Below, one piece after another: positions 26,947 through 37,248 of a stretch of DNA of 64,000 nt. The stretch lies in the IMG/VR virus record IMGVR_UViG_3300007722_002942. One strand, 5' to 3'. This stretch comes from an uncultured virus (IMG/VR IMGVR_UViG_3300007722_002942) (taxonomy: Duplodnaviria > Heunggongvirae > Uroviricota > Caudoviricetes). The notes under the pieces are model-generated. The model did no database searches. It saw only the letters and a program-made list of their open reading frames with translations, and was not told the DNA's origin. Each line of letters opens with the position of its first letter. Within the stretch, counting starts at the first letter, position 1. The translations under genes and the position numbers were made by a program.

Positions 26947-27351
26947 TTAGAAAGTATTTCTATCTACTTCTCGCTGATGGGATATCCATTTATTAAAATT
27001 TCCTAAAAATTTTTCATTGTTTATTTCGTCAATTATATCTAATATCTCATCTTTAAATTTGGTATCATCTGGCTTATACCTGCTATTATGGTAAATATCA
27101 GTTAAATACGAATGTACCAGTCTGTACAGTCGGTGATCGTTATCTGCTTTTACTGCTTGCTCTCCTGCCAATTTCTTACTTTCTTCCGTAACATCTTCTC
27201 CTCTTGTTTTTCTGCATCTTTCGCAATTACATTTTTTTCCTGGTATAAAAGATACTAATCCACTTCTGCAATTTGAAGAAAATGTAAATGGAACATTAAA
27301 AATGGTTTTAAGGAGTTCCTGAGATTCGTCATGTGGTTTATCTTTATTCAT
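26947..27351 (-). CDS. hypothetical protein
   Basis: Overlaps the nadE stop; CNCERC. Confidence 0.55.
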   Translation of the reverse strand: MNKDKPHDESQELLKTIFNVPFTFSSNCRSGLVSFIPGKKCNCERCRKTRGEDVTEESKKLAGEQAVKADNDHRLYRLVHSYLTDIYHNSRYKPDDTKFKDEILDIIDEINNEKFLGNFNKWISHQREVDRNTF

Positions 27352-29296
27352 TTTTCATAACCTTTTTAAGTAGTATTTCTTTAATTAAAGAGTTTGCCTC
27401 ATTGGAGAATTCGAAAGGAGGGAGTATAGGTTCTCTCCAGTCGTATCCGAATGCCGTTTTGGATGTAATAATAATTGGAGGGCTTTGAACTCTTTTATAT
27501 GCTGCTTGTCTGAATTTAGTAAATACCCATTTTAAGTCTTGTACAAAATTTTCAGCAATATCCATCTTATATTTAGTAATAAGATAAGGATCTATATTTA
27601 GATTTTTAGCAAGTGTTCCTTCTAGCCACCATCTTAAAAAGTCAGATGGTGATTTTTTATTATAATTCATCCATGAGTTTATAATAGCACAGTGATATCC
27701 TATTAATATAGGATCTAATTGATTATATTTAAGCTCAGCACTAGGAGCTATTTTATCTTCTGTGAATTCAAATTTATCATCAGGAAGCATTTCATTAGGA
27801 ATTATTTTTCCTAAATACTTTGCCATCTCATATACCTCTTGTTTTGTTAGATCTCCGATTGGAGATATAGCTCCTCCCCAGTCTCCGTACAAAGTTGCAT
27901 ACCCAAGGGCTATTTCTATTTTATTACCATTGTTTGTAAATATAACTGGTGTATTCCTTTCTTCAGAAATACACTGTGCGAGGTTGGATAATATAGATGT
28001 TGCTCTTATTTTTGCTTGTATATTTTCATCAGCTAAAGGCGTAATTTTTTGACCAGAATAATTTTTTAATGTTTTCTTGGTTTCCTCATTTATATCTTCT
28101 ATTGGAATTACTAAATACTCTATGCCTAAATTATCTGCTAATTCCTTAGCTGCATTTCTTGTTTTTTCAGAATTGTATTTTGATGGCATATTAACGCCAA
28201 TAACTTTGTTTTTACCAAAGGCGTATACGCATAGTGCTGCAACAACAGCAGAGTCTATTCCTCCGCTTATTCCTATTACTACCGTTGGAAAATCATTTAA
28301 TCCATTAATAGTTTTAAATCCTATTAGCCCATGTACTATTGCTAAAAATTTCTGTTCTATTTTTTCTATATTTTTTCTTGGTTTACTATCTTGTATACTA
28401 TTTGTATCGAAAAGCAGATCTTCTGGAAGACCTTCTTGATTAGCAAATACTACAGTATCTCCATTGTTATTATAAACAGTAGAGCCTCCGTCAAATGTTA
28501 TTATATTTTTACCGTTATTCTGTACGCCAACACAATTCACATAAAAGAATGGAACAAATTTAGATACGTATCCCAATCTTTTTTTACAATCATCTCTTAC
28601 CTCTTTTACTCTTCTATCTCTTGCTTCATTTTTACCGCATGTCCAGGGGCTTGCGGATAGATTAATAATAAATTGAGCTCCGTTTTTTATAAAGTAACAA
28701 GTTGGATTTAATGATTCTAATGCAAACTCGTAATCTGAACACCACAAATCTTCACATAGTTCTATTCCAACAGGAATGTCTCTAAATGAATTGTCAGTTT
28801 GTTTTTCTTTAATTAGAATTGGATGGAAAAAATCTTCTATTTTATTTGATCCAATAGAATTAGAAAAATCTACAGTATTGGAAAAATATCTTTTATCATC
28901 AAATATTCTATAATTTGGAAGATTGCTTTTTACAAGAAAGCTGCTGAAAGATCTATTAACAATATCTTTATCCCTATATACGTATATAGCATTATATAAT
29001 CTAAATCTTCCATCGTTATTTTTATTCTTATAATCCGGAAGAACACTTCCAAAAATTATAGTTATATTATCACTTGCTTCCTTGATAATATCATGAGCAG
29101 ACACTATTTCATCTATTGTTTCCCTATCTCTATAATAATCTCCTAGCATATATCCGCCAATACACATTTCTGGAAATGCAATTACATCTGATTCTTTTTC
29201 TTTAGCTTCTGCTATAGACGCAAGCATATTATTAATATTCTTTTTAATATTTCCAGGTACAACATTCATTTGAGATAATGTTATTTTCATTTCCAT
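27344..29296 (-). CDS. nadE: glutamine-dependent NAD+ synthetase
   Basis: Nitrilase domain (FPEM, LPNYRIFDDKRYF, CEDLW) fused to synthetase (GISGGIDS, ENIQAKIR, GYATLYGD, APSAEL). Confidence 0.95.
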   Translation of the reverse strand: MEMKITLSQMNVVPGNIKKNINNMLASIAEAKEKESDVIAFPEMCIGGYMLGDYYRDRETIDEIVSAHDIIKEASDNITIIFGSVLPDYKNKNNDGRFRLYNAIYVYRDKDIVNRSFSSFLVKSNLPNYRIFDDKRYFSNTVDFSNSIGSNKIEDFFHPILIKEKQTDNSFRDIPVGIELCEDLWCSDYEFALESLNPTCYFIKNGAQFIINLSASPWTCGKNEARDRRVKEVRDDCKKRLGYVSKFVPFFYVNCVGVQNNGKNIITFDGGSTVYNNNGDTVVFANQEGLPEDLLFDTNSIQDSKPRKNIEKIEQKFLAIVHGLIGFKTINGLNDFPTVVIGISGGIDSAVVAALCVYAFGKNKVIGVNMPSKYNSEKTRNAAKELADNLGIEYLVIPIEDINEETKKTLKNYSGQKITPLADENIQAKIRATSILSNLAQCISEERNTPVIFTNNGNKIEIALGYATLYGDWGGAISPIGDLTKQEVYEMAKYLGKIIPNEMLPDDKFEFTEDKIAPSAELKYNQLDPILIGYHCAIINSWMNYNKKSPSDFLRWWLEGTLAKNLNIDPYLITKYKMDIAENFVQDLKWVFTKFRQAAYKRVQSPPIIITSKTAFGYDWREPILPPFEFSNEANSLIKEILLKKVMKNE

Positions 29297-29577
29297 TTAC
29301 TCCTTAGATTCTTAGAGATATATGATATTGATTTTAGAATATCTTCTCTATTTTCTATATTAAAAATTTCATCAGCTGTAATACATCCTTCGAGTAAGCA
29401 TTTATTACAGCATATTTTTACTGGTAATTCGTTTTCAGATGCTTTGTCTAAAGAATTCTGGTCTACCCATACATCTTGCTTGCAAAATTCACAAGTTGTT
29501 TTTACGCAAGATGTTTTTGGATCTTTTAAATCTTCAACTCTAACGCATAAGAGTATGTTTTCTTCTGGATTGTTCAT
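29287..29577 (-). CDS. small Zn-finger protein
   Basis: CEFC...CNKC between pncB and nadE. Confidence 0.6.
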   Translation of the reverse strand: MNNPEENILLCVRVEDLKDPKTSCVKTTCEFCKQDVWVDQNSLDKASENELPVKICCNKCLLEGCITADEIFNIENREDILKSISYISKNLRSKWK

Positions 29578-29579
29578 AA

Positions 29580-30773
29580 TTATACCAATAGGGTTTTTTT
29601 ACAAAGAGCAACGGTTTCTGGATCGCCAGTATGTTTTCCTTGAACATCTGATAGCTTGATTGTATGCAGCCAGTCTGAGTTTTTATCTGGTTTACATTGA
29701 ATCATTTTTATAACCATATTTAACGGTAAGGCTCCAACATCATTTGTAAAGTGTGTTCCAATACCAAATGATATTTTTATTCTATCTTTAAAATATTTTT
29801 GAATTCTAACGGCTTCATCTGTAGTTATACCATCAGAAAACACTATGGTTTTTCCTCTTGGATCTATTCTTAGATTATTATAGTGGCTTATCGTATTTTC
29901 CCCAAACTTAATAGGGTCTCCGCTATCGTGTCTAACGCCATCAAATAGTCTGGCGTAAAATGAGTCAAAAGACTTCCAGAAATTAGATGTTCCAAAAGTA
30001 TCAGGTAAGACTATTCCTAAATTCCCATGATACGTGTCTACCCATTTTCCCATAGCAGATGTATTAGCCATCTTAAAGCCATACTTAGCTCCGTGAAAGC
30101 TAAACCATTCATGAGCTTGTGTTCCTATGGGAGTAATATCATTTATCATTGCTAAATGAATATTTGATGTTCCGGAAAAGAGATTTCCTCCATACTTCTT
30201 AAATGTTTCAACAACTTTGTTTTGAACATTATAAGAGAATCTTCTTCTTGTTCCAAAGTCTGCGTATTTAATGTTTGCATCTTTTAATTTTGTTAATTTT
30301 AATATAGCATTCTCTTCTACCTGAGTAGGCGTATCTAGAAGATTTGGTGCTGTAAGAATAATATTTTTAGATACCTTAAAATATAATTCACTTATCATAG
30401 CCATAAGAACAACTTCCCATCTTATAGCACTGTACCACGGTCCTTCAATAGATATCTCAAGGTCATCATCAACTTGAAATATAGATACTTCACTTGGATT
30501 AAATTTAAATCCATAAAGAAAATCAATAAAAGGTGGATGTAAGAAATAGCATTTCCTGGAAATAAATTCCTTTTCATCCATTGTCATGCTTAGGTTGTTA
30601 CAAAGATCAACCTGCTCTCTTAGCAGGGATGCAAATCCTTGTGGAAATTTAGTTTTTCCCCTATTTATAAACTGGTATCTAGCGATAGCATTTGGGTATT
30701 GAGCAACGACAGCATTTTGCATCGTTACTTTATACATATCATCATCTAAGACGCTTTTTATAATCTGATCCAT
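29580..30773 (-). CDS. pncB: nicotinate phosphoribosyltransferase
   Basis: LDDDMYKVTMQ, DFGTRRR, GTQAHEW, GVRHDSGDP, FGIGT. Confidence 0.95.
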   Translation of the reverse strand: MDQIIKSVLDDDMYKVTMQNAVVAQYPNAIARYQFINRGKTKFPQGFASLLREQVDLCNNLSMTMDEKEFISRKCYFLHPPFIDFLYGFKFNPSEVSIFQVDDDLEISIEGPWYSAIRWEVVLMAMISELYFKVSKNIILTAPNLLDTPTQVEENAILKLTKLKDANIKYADFGTRRRFSYNVQNKVVETFKKYGGNLFSGTSNIHLAMINDITPIGTQAHEWFSFHGAKYGFKMANTSAMGKWVDTYHGNLGIVLPDTFGTSNFWKSFDSFYARLFDGVRHDSGDPIKFGENTISHYNNLRIDPRGKTIVFSDGITTDEAVRIQKYFKDRIKISFGIGTHFTNDVGALPLNMVIKMIQCKPDKNSDWLHTIKLSDVQGKHTGDPETVALCKKTLLV

Positions 30774-30872
30774 ATCCCTATAACCTTTTAATTAAAAATT
30801 CCGGAGTTAATTCAATATCAACTTATATCCGATAACATTAATGTTTTGCTTATCATTTAGTTTTACAATCCT

Positions 30873-31706
30873 ATGGAGACCTGTATGAAAGAAAAAATAG
30901 AAGATTTATGGGCATCATTTTTAAAAAATAGAACTAAGGAAAATAAAAATCCATTAATAGAGTATTATTTTCCTTTTGTCCAGAAAATATCATACAAATT
31001 ATCTAAGAAATTAAATTGGAAAGTAGAACCTGAGATTTTGGCAAGCTACGGGGTTGATGGACTGTATAGGGCAATAGATGGGTATGATGTTTCTATAGGA
31101 GTGAAATTTGAATCTTATGCTAGTACAAGGATAAATGGCTCTATGATTGATGGATTAAGAAGGGATGATAATATTCCTAGAAGCGTAAGAATAATAAGTG
31201 ATAAATTCGAAAAAGGTAAGCAAAAAGTTCAACATGAGAAGGGCTATAAGGTTCAGGATACAGATGTATGTGAGAGTTTAGGAATAGATGAATCCTATTA
31301 TCATAAACATTTTAGAAAGTATTCTCCATCTATTTACGCAAGTTTAGAAACAGGTCTTGAAACAGGACAAGAGGATTTCAAAGAGGATTATAATTATATT
31401 CTAAAGGATGATTCTGATATGCCTGATGATAATATTATAAAAAAAGAATTTTTTAATAAACTTACAGGTAATGGATTTTCTTCTTTAGAAAGAAAGATAA
31501 TTTGGCTTTACTATTATAAAGGATTAACAATGGACAAGGTATCAAGAAAGATTAATTTATCGGAATCAAGAATTAGTCAAATGCATAAATCTATTCTTCC
31601 AAGATTAAAAGATAAGATTAAGCGTAATCCCGAATATTTTGAAGAACTAAAGCGGCTTATCCCAAAAAGTGAGAGAGAAGAATCCTTCTCCGGAAAACCT
31701 GAGTAA
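30873..31706 (+). CDS. RNA polymerase sigma factor, FliA/WhiG (sigma-28) family
   Basis: GVKFESYASTRINGSMIDGLR..D..PRS region 2; region-4 HTH LSESRISQMH. Confidence 0.9.
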   Translation: METCMKEKIEDLWASFLKNRTKENKNPLIEYYFPFVQKISYKLSKKLNWKVEPEILASYGVDGLYRAIDGYDVSIGVKFESYASTRINGSMIDGLRRDDNIPRSVRIISDKFEKGKQKVQHEKGYKVQDTDVCESLGIDESYYHKHFRKYSPSIYASLETGLETGQEDFKEDYNYILKDDSDMPDDNIIKKEFFNKLTGNGFSSLERKIIWLYYYKGLTMDKVSRKINLSESRISQMHKSILPRLKDKIKRNPEYFEELKRLIPKSEREESFSGKPE

Positions 31707-31714
31707 TTCGTTAT

Positions 31715-32230
31715 ATGTATAAAATCAAGCATGGGAATATTTTAGAATCTAAGTGCAAATCGTTAGTTATACCATCTAACGGTTGCGCTATAATAGGTAG
31801 CAAAAGTTTGGCTTCCTTTTTGTGTGACGATCTTCTTGGCGGAAAGTCTATAGAACAGTCATCAAAAGCGGTTGTAGTTCAAAATGGAAAGCCATTTGAG
31901 GCAGGATCATTTTTTGTGACCCACTCCTGTGGATTGCAGAAATTTGGATTTATATCTATATATCATGCAGTCTTGTCTAAGTATCCTGGAGAATTTAGTA
32001 GTTTGTATTTTATAAATAAATCTATGAAAGCTATTTTAGAATCTGCAATAAGTGTAAAATTGTCTTCAATAGCATTTTCGTCATTAGGAACAGGTATGGA
32101 AAGATTAGATTACAGATCGGTTGCTTCTAATATGGTTTCTCTTATAAGACAATATCATGTTAGCATAGATATAAGCGTTGTAGATGTTAATAAGAGTTTT
32201 ATTAACGAAGTAGAAAGATTAATTTCCTGA
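31715..32230 (+). CDS. macro-domain protein (divergent)
   Basis: GNI, VIPSN, IYHAV, SIAFSSLGTG. Confidence 0.75.
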   Translation: MYKIKHGNILESKCKSLVIPSNGCAIIGSKSLASFLCDDLLGGKSIEQSSKAVVVQNGKPFEAGSFFVTHSCGLQKFGFISIYHAVLSKYPGEFSSLYFINKSMKAILESAISVKLSSIAFSSLGTGMERLDYRSVASNMVSLIRQYHVSIDISVVDVNKSFINEVERLIS

Positions 32231-32234
32231 ATGG

Positions 32235-32864
32235 ATGTGTTTTATGTCTTCTTTACAAAAACCTGTTTTAATTCTTAACAAGCATTGGAAGGCGGTTCGT
32301 ATAGAAACCGTTCGAGATGCTATAACTAAGGTATTTTGCGAGAATGCAAAAATTCTTCATGAATACGTTCTTTATAACATAGAAGAATGGTTGGAATTTG
32401 AAGTTAAAGATGATGAAAAATATATCATGGCTAATCATCAGAAGAAGGTTAAACTTCCAAAAATAGTTGTTCTTTCTGAATATGAAAAGATTCCTAAAAT
32501 GGAAGTTAAATTAACTCGTAAAAATGTTATGATTCGTGATGGTTTTATTTGCCAATATACGGGTGTTAAGCTAAAAGCAAGCTTTGCAACTATTGACCAT
32601 GTTGTTCCTAAGTCTAGAGGCGGTAAGAATGTTTGGGAAAATGTAGTTACTTCTCATCCTGATGTAAATAGAAGAAAAAGCGATAAAACTCCTGACGAAG
32701 CTGGGTTAAAGCTTTTTCGGGATCCTTTTAGGCCATCATGGAGTCCATTATTTGCCTCAGTGGTTCGTAACCCTCCGGAAGATTGGAAAGCATTCTTGAC
32801 GACTAAGGAGCAAGAGCGATTTGCTAATGTCTGGTCAAATGAATATGATTCGAAAGAGGATTAA
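32235..32864 (+). CDS. HNH endonuclease
   Basis: VLILN, TRKNVMIRDGFICQYTG, TIDHVVPKSRGG..W.N. Confidence 0.9.
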   Translation: MCFMSSLQKPVLILNKHWKAVRIETVRDAITKVFCENAKILHEYVLYNIEEWLEFEVKDDEKYIMANHQKKVKLPKIVVLSEYEKIPKMEVKLTRKNVMIRDGFICQYTGVKLKASFATIDHVVPKSRGGKNVWENVVTSHPDVNRRKSDKTPDEAGLKLFRDPFRPSWSPLFASVVRNPPEDWKAFLTTKEQERFANVWSNEYDSKED

Positions 32865-33540
32865 AAGTCAAAAAGTAGGATACCAAAGGTCAATTAAAGG
32901 CTGGACGAACACTCTTGTGGACGTTCCAGCCTTTATACTTGGTAATTGCCCATATTTGCCTCAGAAGGATTTAAGGTTATTAAAAAATCATTTTACTATT
33001 GGAATAAATAGAGCTTTCTACGTACTTGATCCAACTATCTTAATGTGGCAAGATTCTGAACTCTGGTATACAGAGAAGAGTAAAATTGTCAAAACAGAAG
33101 CAATCAAATTTTGTAGAGATTCTGCTGATATACAAGGTAGATTTTTACACTTTAGAATTTCAGGAAATTCTTTTGCAATACCAGATTCTGCCGAGGTGCT
33201 TCACGGAAGAGGTAGTACTGGCCCCTTGGCTTTTCAGTTAGCATGGATATTAGGATGTAACCCTATTGTCTTACTAGGAATGTCCTGTAAATACCATGAT
33301 GGGAAGACTGATTTCTATGGTAAAAATGCATCGCATAAACCACATACTCTGCGAAATTGCTCTAAAGGCTTAGAGTGGATATCAAAGTGTGAAAGAATGG
33401 GAAGAACGATTTATAACTGCTGTCCTAGTTCTCACTTCGATAAACATTTTACATTAGATTCTGTTTTGAAAGATATCGGAGAATCAAGTACTTTCTCAAG
33501 AGAGTTTTTTATAAAACGTCTTTTAAAATCAGATAAGTAA
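32821..33540 (+). CDS. MptE/Maf-like glycosyltransferase-fold protein
   Basis: AFILGN.P.L, TIGINR, ST..LAFQLAWILGCNPIVLLGM. Confidence 0.6.
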   Translation: MLMSGQMNMIRKRIKSQKVGYQRSIKGWTNTLVDVPAFILGNCPYLPQKDLRLLKNHFTIGINRAFYVLDPTILMWQDSELWYTEKSKIVKTEAIKFCRDSADIQGRFLHFRISGNSFAIPDSAEVLHGRGSTGPLAFQLAWILGCNPIVLLGMSCKYHDGKTDFYGKNASHKPHTLRNCSKGLEWISKCERMGRTIYNCCPSSHFDKHFTLDSVLKDIGESSTFSREFFIKRLLKSDK

Positions 33541-33711
33541 TTTGCTTGTGACAGCATATTGTATAATATATATGTTGACTATATGCCTATTTCTTGCGTT
33601 ATTATTAAAATAGTGAGTATATATGATATTTTTTAAATTAATAAAGGGGAAGGAACTTATAGCATCAACAAGAATTAGGTTAGATAGATTAAACAATCAA
33701 AAGGAGATAGT

Positions 33712-36700
33712 ATGTCTGAATTCTTTGTAAAAAAACGTAATGGTAGATTAGAAAAATTAAACTTAGATAAGATAAATAAGTGTGTAGTAAGAGCATGTCA
33801 AGGTATACTTGATGTTTCTGCAAGCGAGGTTATACTTGATGCACAAGTACAGTTATTTAATAAAATAACAACAAATGAGATAGATAAAGCTCTTATTATG
33901 TCTGCAAGAAGCAAAATAGAAAAGGATCCAGGATATTCTATTGTTGCTGCTAGATTATTGCTTAATACAATATATAAAGAAGTTTTCGGTGAAGGAGTCG
34001 ATTCCGATGTTTTCGGTATGCAGTACCATAAGTCTTTTGTAACAAATTTAAAAGAATTACAAAAAGCAGGCCGTATCGATAAGAGAATGTTAACAGACTT
34101 TGATTTAAATAAGATAGCAAAATCACTAGTTCCTAAGAGGGATGATATTTGGAAATATCTTGGCATACAAACAGTGTATGACAGATATCTACTCCATATA
34201 AATGGTAGAAGAATGGAAACTCCACAGGGCTTCTGGATGAGAGTAGCTATGGGGCTTGCTATTAATGAAGAGAATAAGGATGATAAAGCTATAGAGTTTT
34301 ACAACTTGCTTTCTGAAAATTTATTTATTAATGGAACTCCAACGCTTTTTAACAGTGGTACAAACCATCCTCAATTAAGCTCTTGCTATCTTTCAACCGT
34401 TGACGATTCTATTGATGGTATTTTTGGGACTATTCATAATCAAGCTAAGCTATCTAAATTTGCTGGAGGACTTGGAGTTGATTGGACTCCCATACGAGGT
34501 TCATCTTCTTTTATAGCTGGTACAAATGGTAAATCTCAAGGTCTTGTTCCTTGGCTAAAAATATTTAACGATACGCTAGTAGCCGTAAATCAGTGTTTTG
34601 ATCCAGAAACATATGTTTTTACCGGAAAAGAAATTAAGCAGATTAAGAATGTCCAAAAAGGAGATTTTATTCTTTCCGGGAACGGAGAGCAATGTGAAGT
34701 TGAAGATGTTATGTTTTATGAGCAAAACGATGACATGGTTGAAATAGATATAAAACATTCTATCGATACTGTAAAAGTTACAACAGGACATCCATTTTTG
34801 GCTATACAGAATATACCTGCTGGAATTAACAATCAAAGAACTTATAACAAATTTGGCAAAGGTATAATTTCTACTGAATGGGTAGAAGCAAGTCTTCTTA
34901 AAACTGGAGATTATGTAGCATTTCCTATTCCAACGGACACTATAGCCGTAAATAACTTCAGTGATGACGATGCCTATTTATACGGACTAATGCTTGGAGA
35001 CGGACATATTTCATCAAATAAATCTGAATGCGGTGTATCTTTTAATATTAATACTAACCAGAAATCTATATTATGGATAAAAAAATATCTGGATAGTAAA
35101 AACATTCATTACTGGATAGATACTAGGGACGAATATTGTCAGGTAAGATGGAGTTTAAATGGTAATTTGCCTTTTGATTACGAAGATCTTTATAACAATG
35201 AAAGAAATAAAAGAATATCAGGAAAATTCATGCATCTTCCTAGACCTCAATCATTGATGATTATAAAAGGGCTACTTGATTCTGATGGAAATATTTCAAG
35301 AGGAAAAGAAATTATATTTAGTAATACATCTAGACTTTTAATAGAAGGATTGAGATATCAGATTCTTAGACTAGGAGCGCCTTCAGCAGGAAATAAAAGA
35401 ACAAGAGAATACGATCATGAAATTACCAGAGGAGATGGATCGATCTCTTTGATTAAGGGGACTACTGTTTCTTATGATTTAATAATACCTGCTATTAAGG
35501 AAATTGCTAGATTAATAGGGTCTAAAGCTTTAACAAGGAAAAATTGGCTTGTAATTAATAATTATATTTTTAGTAGAGTTGAGTCAGTTAGGAAAATAGA
35601 TAAATTGCCCATAGTTGTTGATTTGAAGGTTAAGAGAGATGAAACCTATACAACAAGTTCAGGATTGGCACACAATGGAGGAAAAAGGAAGGGTGCCGGT
35701 TGTGCCTATCTAGAAACATGGCACACAGATATAGAAGATTTTTTGGAACTTAGAAAAAACACAGGAGACGATAGGAGACGATGCCACGATATGCATACTG
35801 CTAATTGGATACCAGATCTCTTTATGAGAAGAGCAAAAGAAGATGGAGATTGGTATCTGTTTAGTCCAAGTGACTGCCCTGATTTACACGATTTGTTTGG
35901 AAAAGCTTTTGATAAAGCTTATATCTCGTATTGCAAAAAAGCAGAAAATGGAGATATACCATTTAAGAAAGTATCTGCAAAATCTCTTTGGAAGAAAATG
36001 CTTGTTTCTTTATTTGAGACAGGTCATCCTTGGATAACTTTTAAAGATCCATCTAATATTAGGTATTCTAATCAGCATGTGGGAACTGTTCGTTCTTCTA
36101 ATCTTTGTACGGAAATACTACTGCATTCTAAGCCTACAATGTATGATTCTTTAGGAGATGTATCGGAGATCGGGGAGACAGCCGTTTGTAATCTAGGATC
36201 TATAAATTTAGCAGCTCATGTGGAAAATGGAAAAATTAATTATGAGAAGCTAGCAACTTCTATATCTATTGCCATGAGAATGCTAGATAATGTTATTGAT
36301 ATAAATTTCTATCCAACAAAAGAATCTAAAAAATCAAATATTTCTCATAGACCAGTAGGACTTGGAATTATGGGATTTCATGATACTATACATATGCTTG
36401 GCATAGATTATGATTCAGACATGGCAGCAGAAGAGTCTGGAAAGATACAAGAGTTTATATCATATCATGCTATTTTGAATTCAAGCATTTTAGCCAAGGA
36501 GAGGGGAAAATACTCTACATACGATGGTTCATTATGGAATCTTGGCAAACTTCCTCAAGATACTCATGAGGATGTCATGAATTACAGAGGAAGTGATGAT
36601 AAGATAAAAGAGACATTAGATTGGAGTATTGTTAGAAAACATATTTCAGAATATGGTATGAGAAATTCCAATACACTAGCTATTGCGCCAACTGCTACGA

Positions 36701-37248
36701 TTTCTTATATTGCAGGGTGTTCACAGAGTATTGAGCCTGATTTTTCAGTATTGTTCGTTTACAGCACATTGTCTGGTGAATTTACAATGATAAGTGATTT
36801 TTTCGTAAATGATATGAAGAAAAGCGGACTTTGGGGAAAAGATCTCACAGATGCTGTAAAGGCAGTAGATGGAGATATAGAGATGCTTAATTTACCAGAA
36901 AATATTAAGAAAAGATATAAAACTGCTTTTAGAATTAGTCCTCTTTCATTAATAAAATGTGCAGCTGCAAGGCAGGTTTGGATAGATCAGGGTCAAAGCC
37001 TTAATATATATGCAGATACAGATAGTTTAAAAATATTAAATGATATTTATATGTACGGATGGGAAAAAGGATTAAAAACGACATATTACCTTCGTGCTAA
37101 ATCAGCCAGTAAAATAGAAAAATCAACATCTTCAAATGTCTCTAATGGATATTTAAGTGGTGATAAAACAGAATCACAAACCACAGAAGTTAAAGCTTGC
37201 TCACTTGAAGCAAAACAGCGTGGTGATATATGCGAGGCTTGCCAATAA
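33712..37248 (+). CDS. nrdA: ribonucleotide reductase class Ia alpha subunit, intein-containing
   Basis: ATP cone VKKRNG; TPTLFNSG..QLSSC; SSNLCTEI; VCNLGS; APTATIS; C-terminal CEAC. Confidence 0.97.
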   Translation: MSEFFVKKRNGRLEKLNLDKINKCVVRACQGILDVSASEVILDAQVQLFNKITTNEIDKALIMSARSKIEKDPGYSIVAARLLLNTIYKEVFGEGVDSDVFGMQYHKSFVTNLKELQKAGRIDKRMLTDFDLNKIAKSLVPKRDDIWKYLGIQTVYDRYLLHINGRRMETPQGFWMRVAMGLAINEENKDDKAIEFYNLLSENLFINGTPTLFNSGTNHPQLSSCYLSTVDDSIDGIFGTIHNQAKLSKFAGGLGVDWTPIRGSSSFIAGTNGKSQGLVPWLKIFNDTLVAVNQCFDPETYVFTGKEIKQIKNVQKGDFILSGNGEQCEVEDVMFYEQNDDMVEIDIKHSIDTVKVTTGHPFLAIQNIPAGINNQRTYNKFGKGIISTEWVEASLLKTGDYVAFPIPTDTIAVNNFSDDDAYLYGLMLGDGHISSNKSECGVSFNINTNQKSILWIKKYLDSKNIHYWIDTRDEYCQVRWSLNGNLPFDYEDLYNNERNKRISGKFMHLPRPQSLMIIKGLLDSDGNISRGKEIIFSNTSRLLIEGLRYQILRLGAPSAGNKRTREYDHEITRGDGSISLIKGTTVSYDLIIPAIKEIARLIGSKALTRKNWLVINNYIFSRVESVRKIDKLPIVVDLKVKRDETYTTSSGLAHNGGKRKGAGCAYLETWHTDIEDFLELRKNTGDDRRRCHDMHTANWIPDLFMRRAKEDGDWYLFSPSDCPDLHDLFGKAFDKAYISYCKKAENGDIPFKKVSAKSLWKKMLVSLFETGHPWITFKDPSNIRYSNQHVGTVRSSNLCTEILLHSKPTMYDSLGDVSEIGETAVCNLGSINLAAHVENGKINYEKLATSISIAMRMLDNVIDINFYPTKESKKSNISHRPVGLGIMGFHDTIHMLGIDYDSDMAAEESGKIQEFISYHAILNSSILAKERGKYSTYDGSLWNLGKLPQDTHEDVMNYRGSDDKIKETLDWSIVRKHISEYGMRNSNTLAIAPTATISYIAGCSQSIEPDFSVLFVYSTLSGEFTMISDFFVNDMKKSGLWGKDLTDAVKAVDGDIEMLNLPENIKKRYKTAFRISPLSLIKCAAARQVWIDQGQSLNIYADTDSLKILNDIYMYGWEKGLKTTYYLRAKSASKIEKSTSSNVSNGYLSGDKTESQTTEVKACSLEAKQRGDICEACQ
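34594..35676 (+). mobile_element. intein (361 aa) with LAGLIDADG homing endonuclease
   Basis: Starts CFDPET, block B TTGHPF, LYGLMLGDG and IKGLLDSDG, ends AHN; removal restores AVNQ-GGKRKGA. Confidence 0.92.

Noticed and set aside
32235..32864. HNH gene as an intron-encoded or degenerate mobile element
   Set aside because: No interrupted host gene or intron structure flanks it. Loss of Zn-binding cysteines (CQYT, HPDVN) looks like a family variant with the catalytic DH and N retained.
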